Assembly (NCBI GenBank): GCA_047495785.1 | Contig: JBLDXI010000003.1 | Location: 4,464,001 to 4,528,000, forward strand | DNA length: 64,000 nt | Source of the DNA: Lepidodermella squamata | Lineage: Eukaryota > Animalia > Gastrotricha | Direction of reading: 5' to 3' | Part shown: piece by piece, positions 11,921 to 24,100 of the stretch | Numbering within the stretch: the first letter of the stretch is position 1 | Layout: each line of letters begins with the position of its first letter | The notes under the pieces: model-generated | What the model saw: only the letters and a program-made list of their open reading frames with translations | What the model was told of the DNA's origin: nothing | Databases searched by the model: none | Position numbers and translations under genes: made by a program

Positions 11921-13302
11921 ATGCAAGCTGTTCTGTTATTAGTAGCACTGTTGCAACTTTGCAGTTGTCTCGAGGTCTTCCGTAGATACCGAGGGGGAGG
12001 CATTTTAGACTGCCGCTATACATATTGCGACCCAAGTTGGCTCGAATCTTGTGACGCGGATCATCCTTGTCGGGACGGCTCATGTTGCTCGTATCGTGGA
12101 TTTTGTGGCAGATCAATAGAGTTCTGCACGAACGGGTGCCAATCGAACTGCCAGTTGTCTAGTCCTGCACAGGAGCCGAGAGCATCAGTCGCAACTGCTA
12201 CATCTGAAGTTCTTCAGGCTGACCTCCCACCGCTGCCGAATCCACCTGAAACTCCAGGGATTTCGGTGCAGCAGCAACTTGACGACCAGTTAGTTGAGAC
12301 CTTTGAAGATCCATATCCTGGAATTGATGATCAAGTCTGCGGAATCGAAAAATTTCCTGGGTCGACTCATGTGCCGTGGCAAGTTCGTTTGTGGATTCAC
12401 AATAAAGACGGTAGCACAACCCAGTGCAGCGGTAATAATAATTTTAAACCACTAAAATGAGAAGGCAAATCAATTTTCAACCGCACACAGGTGCTTTGCT
12501 GAATTCTAGAACTATCGTAACATCGGCGAGATGTGTTCAAGGGCAAGAAAAAACAATTAATGAACTAATTCCTCATAATAAACTGTTGTTGTTTAGAGCC
12601 GAAACTATTCAGGCGCATCTTGGCGATTACGACACGATAAAGACTGACCCATGGGAACGAGTCGTCCTATGTTCATGCCGCTGCAAAATTCATCCTGATT
12701 TCGATGGGCGCAGTCCAGACCATGACGTTGCTCTGTTGACTTCATGCACAGGTGCTCCATGGGTCGAGTATTCCGAACACATCAAACCCGTTTGCCTACC
12801 CGCTTTACTACCCAGCCAAATGCAAGATAAATCGAAAATTCTGCGGAAATATCGAAATGCCACTATCAGCGGTTGGGGCAAGGCGCGGGCAGGGCTGACG
12901 AACTGGTGGGCGTTCCGTATGAGTAGAATCAGGGCTCGTCTACTCATGCCTGACGTGTGCCACGAAATATGGAACCAGCTGAATGTCGGGACAGGTAACT
13001 CGACCCTGTGCACCATGAGCAATTTCTGCCGTGGCGATTACGGAGCGCCGCTTTACGGCTACATCTGGAGCCGCCGCGCTGTTCTCATCGGAATTACTTC
13101 ATTTTTCAACTCTGATTGTGGCAGACCGTGAGTCGAAACTGACAATATTTCACACGTTTTATACTGCGAATATTTTAGGCATGCCCTGACAGCTCTATCA
13201 GATGTCATCAACAATTTAAGCTGGATTCGGAAGGAAGCGAGTGGATCGCTGCATTTTGTCGCCATCGATCAATCGTCAACAACAAGAACACCCATAATTT
13301 GA
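11921..13302 (+). CDS. Secreted hevein/chitin-binding type 1 domain + Pro-rich linker + inactive S1 serine protease homolog
   Basis: Signal peptide; C-x4-CCS-x2-G-F-CG-x4-FC..GCQSNC; PWQV..CSGALL..TSARC, HDVALL, PVCLP, SGWG, CRGDYGAPL, GITSF; exons 11921-12431, 12491-12542, 12597-13127, ~13179-13302. Confidence 0.85.
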
Positions 13303-14085
13303 AGAATGATTTCAGATTTATTGTTTCGTTTTCTCCATTTTTTTCGGTCGAATTACTCTTGTTGTTGTTATTGTTGTTATTTTAAAATTTACAAGAACTA
13401 GTTGTATAATATTGTCATATAAACAAGCGTCAAAAATTTCCCTATTTCAACAACGTGCAGCAGCAGGCCTTCGCTGATGAGTTCAGTAGTTATAAATTTG
13501 TTGCCTCAAAAGTGAGAGTGAGAAATTCACAGTGCACGATGGTTGAATCTTCGTTTTATATTATAGCTTCCAAGTCGTTAGTAATGAGATTACAATAATA
13601 ATAATAATAGTTTAATAAATGCAATAATAATGCTGTTCGTAATAAAAATGTGTTGAGAATAAAACAGTGCATCCGCAGCTATCGTTCGTCGAATTTTTAT
13701 CACAAGATGTGAGCGCGTTTCTCGTGCAGATTCCGCGCCCGAATCAACTACTCCGACATTCAACAACAAAAGACAGCGAGAGATTTCGGTTGAAGAAGGA
13801 AGCAGACGAGAAATGATAGCACTTCCGAACTGTAGTTATTGCATCTTTGAGAAAGAAGATTTTACACAAGGCTACTATGGTACAAAACAACCGTTACACA
13901 TAAACAATGCAACAAGAAACAACAACGCTTCAGTTCAGTAAAAATGTAGGAAGACCCGTTTTTTTCCTCACGATCAAACCAACGATCGCAAGTGTGTCAA
14001 CACAACAAAGTCAGGCAGAGCATTTGACAGCAGATTGATGTTATATTGAACAAATTGTTGAAATAGCTTAATCTTCTCCTCCGCC

Positions 14086-14642
14086 TCAAACGTTGAGGTT
14101 CCGACTGCGCCGTGGCGGGGCGGTTTGCTGCGCGTTCGACGACCGGCGCTGCTGCTGCGGCGGCGCCTGGCTGCGGTGGTTGCTCGAGCCGTTGGCCATC
14201 TGGTTGGCGGAAGACGAGTGCCGCATCGCTTGCTTGCCCTGCTGCGGCCGGTGCACGCCTGGGGGCCGCGACGGCAGCACTGGCGAGGCGTCTTGTTCAT
14301 CGAGCAGGTAGGCGCCCGACGGGTGGGGCCGCACCACCATTTGCGGGTTCGATTCGCCATGCATTTGTTTCCGATGCGCCGCAATAGCCGCTTCTATTTA
14401 AATAAAAAATAACCACGATTCAATGCAAAATCCACCTTGAAAAATTAACTCACTCTTCTGTTTTAACACGTCGCAATAGCAGACAATCATGACGTAGATA
14501 AAATAGATCACAGGGATGCCGAAAGCAACAAAACTGTTCCGAAGAAAAATGAACTAGATAATTCCAGAAAAATTCGAAATAATGAAGCGACTTACACGAC
14601 CCACCATTCTCCAATGTCGAATTGAATACCGTCATCAGCCAT
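14086..14642 (-). CDS. Uncharacterised 144-aa single-pass (type III) membrane protein, 3 coding exons (14642-14596, 14533-14454, 14393-14086)
   Basis: GTAAGT/CAG and GTGAGT/TAG introns of 62 and 60 nt join in frame: MADDGIQFDIGEWWVVFVAFGIPVIYFIYVMIVCYCDVLKQKKAAIAAHRKQMHGESNP...RNLNV*. Confidence 0.75.
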
Positions 14643-15442
14643 AGTAATAGAGATGTGTTGTTAAAATCGAGCTGTTTTATAAGAGCTGATCACGGGATGC
14701 TGCGGAGCAAATGTGTTGTTATTAAATATGTCTAAAAATGAGCGTGGATATTGAAATTTCCATGAATAGGCAGCAAGAAGTGTAGCAGAAAAAACACGAC
14801 CCGCAGCATGTATATAGTCAGTCATACAAAGCACTACTACGAGTAGTGCAAGCGCACGTATTGTGAAAAGCTGCCCGCTGTTATAACTATTTTTCATGTT
14901 ATTACTGCAGTCGCTTATACGTTTAGGCATACGTGTGTGCCGTACAACGATGCAACGTTGCTAGAACACTACAATAGCTAGAATAGTAGCATAGGCTATA
15001 CTTTTCATGCTAGTGAGCACCAGCCAAACATGCTAGTATGGAACATAAGCCGTCGCAGTCGCATTCACGTGCGCGGGACAGACCGTAGGTGGCACCGCCT
15101 CGACTCAAGGCGGCTAATATGCGAGTCGTGCGCTGTCTTTTCGTGACGTCTTTACTTCCTGGCTAACGCGCGCATAGATATTTACCGATGCCAACAATAA
15201 CAGGGCTGTATAGGGTGATATAACCCGCTGCGGAACCACACAAACAAAAGCCGCGTGTTTGTTCGATTGGTGACTGCCGTAGCCATCCATCTTATCCTCA
15301 TTATTAGTAAGACGCGCTGGTGTTTGAGCATTCACTAATATTATGCTTACGGGTCAAACAAATTTAAAACAATCACTTTTAATAAGATTCTGATGAAAGA
15401 TCACGATTACCACAGTTTACAAAATGAACAATCAGCTAAAAA

Positions 15443-17161
15443 CTAGACACCCTCCTTCGCACGTTTACCGTCGCGCTTAGACGCCCTGCCTTCGGCCTTG
15501 TCGGCTTCGCGACGCCGCTTGTTCAGCGGGTTTCGAGGATCAAACATGCTGTAACGCTCTTCGTCAACGCGAACAGCCAGTGGATCAATGACTCTGGTTT
15601 CAGTCGTGTCCAAGTTATTAATATCTTCCTTATCGCTTTTAAAAACGAGCCGACTTCGCATCCATGAAAGATCGTCAGCGCCACTCGGTTCGGCAGTGTC
15701 TTCGCCTTCGCTCTCGCCATCTTCATCGAAATCTACAAGCTTGGTTGTAACAGACTTCAGTTTAGACTGGAATTTCGCCAACAGGTCCAGCGTGGCTTTC
15801 TCGCGTTCGGGACCTTTTGTGACAGTGCTCGGTTTTGTTTGTTGACGGTACCGCTCCCGCTCCTCAGTCCATGACGCTAGGGCTTCATGCTTTGTGTCGG
15901 CCTTCTTCGTTTCTTCCAATTTTGCCGCATCTTTCGCCTTGCTTTGCTGAACAAGCTCTTGCTTCAACTTAGCTATCTCCTCTTTGATGGCCCTTCGCTT
16001 CTCTTTTTCGGCTGAATCTTCTTCGTCTTCGTCTGAAGAATGTTTCCTCGACGTTTTCGATCGTTCCTTACCCGCAGCTCGATCGTCGGCTGCCTTTTTG
16101 AGTGCTCCGGCTAATCTGCTGGTAACGGCTTTCGAATCCACTTCAATTTTTTCGCTTCGATCGGCTTCGTCTTCCGAATCGTTGTCACTGAGCGATTTCT
16201 CTGGAGGTGATTTAATCTCCTCTTCCTTTTGCGGTTTCGAATCGTCAACAGCTGGTATGCTTAGCAATCGAGGATCATTGGCAAGATCGTGACTACTTTT
16301 GCCTTTCTTATGTTCTATTTTCTAAATTTGAACACTCAAAATGCCAAAATTTATATCATAAGAAGCAATTTGCGAACCTCAGTGACTTCAGCAAGTACTT
16401 CATCATCTTCCATTGCTTCTTCGCCAAATGAAAGCAGGGAGAAATTTCTGAGGTGGGATGATAATGACAACAAGAAAGAGGTAAGTCACGAGAAATTACA
16501 TACTTGGTTGCTTTCGCGGAAGAAGATGGTTTTTCCTTACTGCGCTTCTCTTCTTTAGATTTTACAACTCGAGGCGTAACATCTGGAAAAGGATTGCTGA
16601 TGACTTCACTTCGCAGAATTTTATGAGGGTGGTAAGGTCTTTCATCATGATCAACAGCGGGTTCGCCCAAATTTATCATATTGTAAATCGTATCCCCCAC
16701 AACCTGCGAAACAGATGAATAAAGAAATTTTACAAAGATTACCAGTACGCAATTGAAAATCATACTTTTCCGAATATGGTGTTTTTGTTGTTGAGCTCGG
16801 GGCATTTGTCCAATGTGAAGAAAAATTGACTCTTATTGTCATCCGGCTCGTTACTCGCCATCGCAACTAGACCTCGCCTCACAAACCGCAGTCGCGTATG
16901 GAATTCATCTTTAAATGGCTGACCGTAGATGGATTCGCCTCCGTCACCTGTGCCTGTGGGGTCGCCACCTTGAACTAAGAAGCCTTTGGAAACGCGATGA
17001 AATATGGTTTTGTCATAGTATCCATCAAGGCAATGCTGAACAAAGTTCCTGCAAGCCTTGGGAGCTTCTTTCGACCAAAGTTCGATTTCAATTGGACCAA
17101 CAGATGTCTCAAGCAGAACTTTTCCATTGGTTGGCGGTTCCAATATGTATATATTACTCAT
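15443..17161 (-). CDS. CWC27: Spliceosome-associated cyclophilin CWC27
   Basis: MSNIYILEPPTNGKV..ELWSKEAPKACRNFVQ..GGDPTGTGDGGESIYG..DEFHTRLRF; charged C-terminus with FDPRNPLNKRRR. Confidence 0.95.
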
Positions 17162-17320
17162 TCTATACTCAATATATAATTGCTTTGATTCAAGCATATA
17201 TTTAGGCACATAGAACAATCGATTAGTTAATTGGAAAGACGCATAAAAACAATATGTGTAGTCAAAATGACCAGAGGCAGACACGAAAGACGCGTTCATC
17301 TGAAAACTCAATTCTGACTT

Positions 17321-17923
17321 CTGACGTCATATTAGAAAAAGCAAATTTATATTATTAAAAAGAATGCAACCTAGAAGAACAAGATATGGCTGAAAGCGCC
17401 GTTTTTGGCATTACAGGATAGAATGGTTGCAGAATGGTTGGTAATGCGTCAAGTAGCACCAAGCCAACTTCAAAGCCCGCGTAACTGAAAATCTGCGGCG
17501 CAGCTTGAAAAACTTGCGCATACTGCGGCAAATTTAAAAAAAGTTTTACGGAAACATTTAAAAAAGTATGATAACATAGATTTGTCAGGAAATTAAATAG
17601 CAAGTCAAAGTCATAAACTCCATTGCCCGCTAAAAATATTTGAACTGCTCGCTCGAGTTCAGGTTTGGCTTTGAATTGAACGAGCCGGTCCCGACTTGCT
17701 GTATGGCTCCGTTGACTTCTTGAATTCGTGTCCGCATGGAAAGCAGGGAAACCTGTACAGGGGTTGTAAATCGTCATTTTCCACGAGCCGAGACGGCGCC
17801 AGGGTTCCGCCGCTGGTAGAGGGGTGGGCGTGCTACTATCATCAGTGATAACACTGAATGTACTTATTCGATATTTTGTGAAGCCGCTTATGAAAGCCCG
17901 CTCACCAATTTGCTGACGTCATA
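17321..17923. promoter_or_regulatory. Divergent promoter region CWC27/SZT2 with two CRE-like palindromes
   Basis: CTGACGTCATA at 17321-17331 and 17913-17923, one near each divergent gene start. Confidence 0.35.
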
Positions 17924-18110
17924 ATAAGTATACATTTTCGTTCATGTCAGATCTCTGGTTGTGCGATAAATCATCGCGCAAAGGAGAATTTTTGTCTAGG
18001 GATCTCTTTTCTCGGGTCGAATATCCGGACCCTTTCGATTTGCACCTTTCACTTCGAACCTTTGTAGAATTATCATTAACAATACTTTGAATACTTTATT
18101 TAGGTTCAAG

Positions 18111-21100
18111 ATGAGTGGACTTATTGATTTAAGCCGCGATAAATGGGACCTATCTGACACCGAGGCTCATTTGCTCCTTCTACATTTGCTCGAGCCAGCT
18201 AAAGTATGTTTCTGTTCTGGGCATTAGTTTTATTCCAATATTTGTTCATGGCAGGATGAAAACTTGACAGCTCAAGTTCAAGAACTTTCTTTTGTTCATC
18301 ACCATTTCATATTCGTGGTTGATTTATCTCCATCAGTATTTTCAGTGGTACGTTGACGTTTGGGCGAATTAAGCGATTTTTAGCATTTCAATTTGCAGGC
18401 TTCTGATGGCGATTATGTGGTATACGATGGTATCTTAGCATCGCTGTTCCTTACATTGAAGCGCCTTATCGCTTTATCGACTGAGTGGAAAGAATCTGCT
18501 GTAACTCAATCCTCACCGCGGGAAATACGAATTTCCGTCGTGGGCTTTTCAACAGTTCACACGCCTAATGCAAGACAGGCTTTTCTGCTGTGTGCTCCTC
18601 TGACTGAAGAAACGTTGAAGTATTTAATGGAGAAGCTGTCAGAATATGTGAAGCTTGTTGTGCAACAATACGAGCCGATAGCAAAAAACTGGCTGGTTGG
18701 CGATGTAAGATCGTTATAAACCGCAAGCATGTCGCGTATTATTTATTGTTCTATAGAGCGACGATCAGGTGCTACTTATTCCTGGCCTGTTCGAGTCAGA
18801 TGCAAGTGACGAGGATGATGAAATTTCTCGCAGCGAGTTGAAAAAGAACAAGCCAACGCTGGAACTCGGCACAAGTGACATTGCCATGATCGATCAAATG
18901 AGAATTGCTCACCGCATAGCTCAACTGACCGTTGGCAAAGCTAGAACAGGTATTCCCTTCGAAACGTGACAATGTGCTGCTAATTTTATATTTAGTCGCT
19001 GTATTCATCACGGATGGTGTTACTGATTTGCCCACGCCTGCGGTTGTCGATTACTTGATATCACAATTTCGATGCAACTGCATTCCGTGTTGTTTTATCT
19101 TACCATCGTCGACGGAGCCATCCTATCAGCATAAACGAGTCGGACTGGCTCCTTCGACTTACTTTGCTCATGTTGTCAACAGGTCACTGCTTGACACAAT
19201 AGCCGCTGCGACGAATGGCGTTGTTTGTCACGTTGCTCGTCAGCCCAACGGAACATTTGTCCTTAGCGAGACGGTTATCGAACGGCTATTACACGAGAAA
19301 ATTCCCTGCGTCGGCTGTCACGCTTTTGATTCGTCATCACCCACCCCGCAGCTTATTCGCATTCCTTATCGAAAGCTACCGGTGCCTGCAACAGTCACTG
19401 TCTACGCCCTGGTTTCAACCAGATTTTCGCACGGCTTTAAGAAATGCCGATCTACCAGACCGGAATCACCAACTGATGCTAATTTATGCTTGAAGTGGCA
19501 CCCACGAATCACCATCCGTTATTTCATATCACAAACCATTCTTGAGGTGTGGCTCGAAGGAGAACCTGAAATTCTACAGGCTGTTTACCCTATGGATGGC
19601 GAGGTGGACTCTGGTTCTGTCCCTAATATCGAGGAGACCTCTGCCTCGCGACCGCTTCGAGGCAATTCAAGGCAAACAATTGCGACTCAAACCGGCAGAG
19701 ATTTGTTTCGTTACATGAATCGACTTGCTGTAATCGACGATTTGATGATGAAAATCTATAACACTGAAGCCGCTACTATGCCAGCTGATCCGGTGCTTTC
19801 TGCTGTTCCTTTATTCGTTTATATTCCTAAAGACCGCCAACTAGCTGCTCATGAGTCACTGCGCCAGCGTGAAACTGGCGGGAAGAAACCCAGTGCCTCA
19901 GACGCTGAGGGTGAAGTGGAAGATATTTCGGCGTTTTTGTCATATTGGCGAACTGTGGCAACGTTGAACTTGGCGACGATGAAGTTAATTTTCCTGACTC
20001 GCAATATGCAGTATTTTCTAAATTATGATCGACCCTTGCCAAAAGTATTACTTACGGCATCTAGCCCTGGCGTTGGACCCGCCCCTCGCCAAACCTCGGC
20101 CTTAGCCTGCCGCTTGGCTCTCAACAACATTGTAACGTATCTTCGAACGAGTTGGGCAAGCTTGGAGTTGATTGAAAATCGTGCTTTCGTCAAATTCATT
20201 TCCGACCCGCTTTACTGCATCGTTCGACTTTCAGATCGCCATTCTCCCGTTGCGAGTATAAACGTGTCGTTCTTGCGAGGAACTGAGAAAAAGATTATTG
20301 AAGAAGTTCTTGGGGATTTAACGCGGCATTTCGAACAAAGCATTCTATCCTCGACGAAGCATACTGAAATCGCTGCTCTGTATCCGCTTTCGCTTCACCT
20401 TGATTCCTTTCTCGTTGAACCAAATGCGTGGTTGGCGAATTTTACATCGTTGAATATTATTCCCGAGTATCACACGCTTTTGACGTCGATTGAACACAGC
20501 CAGCCGGCCCGAATTAGGCCGATGACCAACGCCACGCTACTTTCACGCATCTATCGTGCAGACAGAGTCGTTTATGAGTTGTGCTTACCTGGCGGAATGG
20601 CTCCTCGAGCTCTTTTCAACCGAGTTCTCCGCGCCTTTATCAAGCGGAAATTAGCGAATGGCTACAGATTTTCCTCTGCTTCGGGCAGTTTTCTTTGCTT
20701 CGGAATGGAAATAGAGGAATCCAGCGACGAATCTGTTGAACAGGCGGAAAATCGTTCGTTTTTAAAGCCGTTCATTCAGTACAATTTGTCATACTCTGTC
20801 GAAGAATATTGCCCTGTTACGAATGGACAGGGCGAAAGTAATGGTAAAAATAGCAATGTTCACAATACTAAGACTGATGGCGAGAAAAGTGATTCAAGGC
20901 CTTTGAGTGCGGCAACGACTATGCAACCACCCCGCAGATTTTCTGTTGCTGTCGGCGTTTCTGGACTAGAAACACTCATGTTTCGTATTGTGACAGAGCT
21001 GTGGGCCCTGCCGGTCGGTGTTAACGATAGCGCCGGGTCGGGTCATAGACTCGACAAAATCATCGTCGAAACTCACAAACAAGACTTCCAACTGATCACA

Positions 21101-24100
21101 AGGCTTTATGCGTATTTTGCATACCGACTGGTCACAATCATTGCGTCTTCGCAGAAGTCGCTAATCGAGAAAAATCCTGGCGGCTTTCAATTGCCGCCTT
21201 CTAATCAGTGGTACTGGAACCCACCCGATTTCCTCGATCTACCTCCAGGGAAGTCATCGGTTCTCGATTTATTGTGCCATCCAGTGTTTACTCTTTCCGG
21301 CCGACCAGACTTATTTCAATTTCTGTCAAGCTGTCAGGAAGTTGTGATTCGGATGCCCTTATTGCGTTGTTCAACTGCTGATAAATCACACCCGGATAAC
21401 GTCGCGACAGCAACTATTCTTCGCGACTTTGTGTTGAAGTCATTATCCGAGCGTTATCCTTATCGAACTATAGTTCGCGGACATTGTCCCAAGCCGAAAG
21501 ATCGCGGTTTCATCACTGGCAATGACGAAAACAAGACACCGATCGAGTGGACAATGTTTGCGATGACTGCTGATCGGCCAGAACATGTTATTCTGATATT
21601 TGTGCCCACTCAAATCGAACCTTGGCTTGGATCAGTTGAAACCAACTCGTCGAGCAGCTTCATTTCGCTCTACCTTTATGTTTCAGTGTTTGATTGGCTG
21701 CTGTCAGAATCACGCGATGTCATCCGAGCGAAACCTTCCGATTTGGTTGTCGATGTTGCCGAGGATATCTTTCCAGACGAAAAATATGACAGGGAGTCTA
21801 AAACGCCATCGAAACGTCGGGTAAATAGTGCTAACAACGACGCGGCTGACCTGCCTCACGATGGCGCCGAATCGGCGTCTTCAGCTGACACCTACTTACT
21901 GGGTTCTGTCCAAGGTATCAAACTGGCTGACACCTTTGCGTCGGTCTACGTCAGTGCAGTTTACCGATGCTTGTGTCAGAAGTTGCCGATCTGTTCGACG
22001 GATTTCGAACTTGCGGTTTCATCGCTTTGTACCGAATCCGTCTGTTCTGAAATTGACTTGAAGCAGTAAGTTGTTTGAGCTTCGCTAATTTTTTGGATTA
22101 TGAATTGTTATCAATTTTTAGACTACTGCTTTTACATGGCACCACATGCCCAGAAGACCAACCATGCGTGTCGTCGGGCGAAGAACGACTCGCTGCGGTA
22201 ATCAGCCAATGGTTTCAACCCGTGCCATGCGCGCCGAACTATTACTTCTACAAAGTGCCAGATCACCCACTGGGTAGCTCGGAAAACGAAAGCGACGACG
22301 AATCGTATCAGCCGCCGGTATCCCTAAATGAGTCGTACGATGCCACACAGTGGCAGCAGCAGCTTACTTCATCACCCGAGCGAAACTTTGATTTAGACGA
22401 GGTTTCGAATTCGGCCAGCGGGTTTACAACAACCTCTAGAACAACCTCCTGCAATGGTTTCGACGACGATTTGCGCGAAGAGGAGGCGAGTTCGATGATA
22501 TCAGACGATTCAGCAATGCCACCGCCACCGCTTTTCCTCCACTGTACTTGTTCGGTGATGGTAAAATCTATCGGGGACCAACCGTCGTCGCTGATCCATA
22601 TCCCCCTTAATAAACTACCTCACTGTTTGCGTTCACTACTGGCCAATTCCGATGATTTCGATCGTTCCCTATCTGCGACTGAACTGGTAAACTCGGTCGC
22701 TTCAGTCACGCTCGATTGCATAGTCATCGCCCCCAATCCGTTACGACTACCCACTTCGGTTTCTTCCACACCAGTTCATCGCAATGCACCGACAGTAAAT
22801 TTGGCAAATGCGATTCCTGCCAGTGACGGAGCTGTTATTGGCGGTAAGCGAAACGCTCGCCGCCGCATGTCATCAGCGATGGTGAAAGACTCGGACGGCA
22901 TGGGTTACTTTCAAACGCTATCACTGCATTCTTCGCAGTATTTGGCCGTATCAGCGCTAGTAAAGCAGTTTCACTGGCTGGTTTTCGACTCGATGATCAT
23001 GTCAGTGCCGTCGAGTGACCTCGATTTAGCACAGCTTGCTGCTCACATTGTCGACACGCTTCGAATCGCAGACATGTCGCCGTTGGATTCTTACGACGAG
23101 ACGCAGTCTTTGCCTCCGTTTTGCCCCCTGGTCAAGCGCAAACGACGTGCTTTAGCTTTCGTTTACGGCAGCGAACAGAGTCAGCCTGTTTTTGCTGAAA
23201 CTCTAACGGGATGGAACATGAAAACAGCAGGGGCAGTAGTTAGACGACTTGGGTCTTCCTTCTATTTCTATTGCGCTATTCCAGTTGCGCCGCTGCCTGT
23301 CACTTTTGACGCGTTGAATCGATCTTCGCTCGGCTCAGGCTTGAGCCAGGCAACTTCAAATCCGGGTTTGAACCAAGTGGCTACGAGCGACCCGCATTCA
23401 CCAGCCCCGATGAGCGCGATTTCTGAGGGCGATCTCTCATCATCAGCTCGAAAGCCAGCGATACATCATCCTGCTTCGCACACATTGTTGCCTCATCTGC
23501 GGCGGCGCCACCAGTCAGCTGCTCCTCTTCTTCCGCTGAGACCGCCGCCAATGCCACAGCTAATTTCAAGGCCTCGTCAGTTGTCATCTTCACGCAGACA
23601 AGTCGAAACAACGAGCCCACCCTTGGGCCTGGCGGCACCCATGTTTCTGAGTCCGCCAAAAAATAGCGTAGCCAACGATTCTATGTCAACTGAAACATCA
23701 TCGCCTCGTTCAATCTTTACTGGACGTGGATATGAATCGGACAGTGAATTGACTAATGAACGAGATGCGGATGATTACCAGCCATTCACCTCTGCCTCGC
23801 CCGTCGCTGTTCACACCTCACAGACCTGCTGGATTTTCTGCAAAATTGGCCACAAGCTGTGCAAATTCTTCCTATACGTACCATGGCTGTCTCGAAATTC
23901 AGACAAAAGTTCAACAGCCTCAGCCTTGATGACGGAGCTTCTCGAGACCGTCGACAAGTGCGTACGTCGCACGAACCAGCAGCTTTTGCTGCGAGAAATG
24001 CATACGTCCCTCATGGCTAGCAGATTAATGCTGCACGTCGATGAAAGCGAGGCGGCTATGCGTTCTTTTGCCGATTTGCCTATGGACTCGAAGCTGGCCG

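Noticed and set aside
16770-16870. CWC27 cyclophilin active-site substitutions (e.g. NKNTIFG for NKHTIFG)
   Set aside because: CWC27 active sites are known to be degenerate in several lineages; low novelty.
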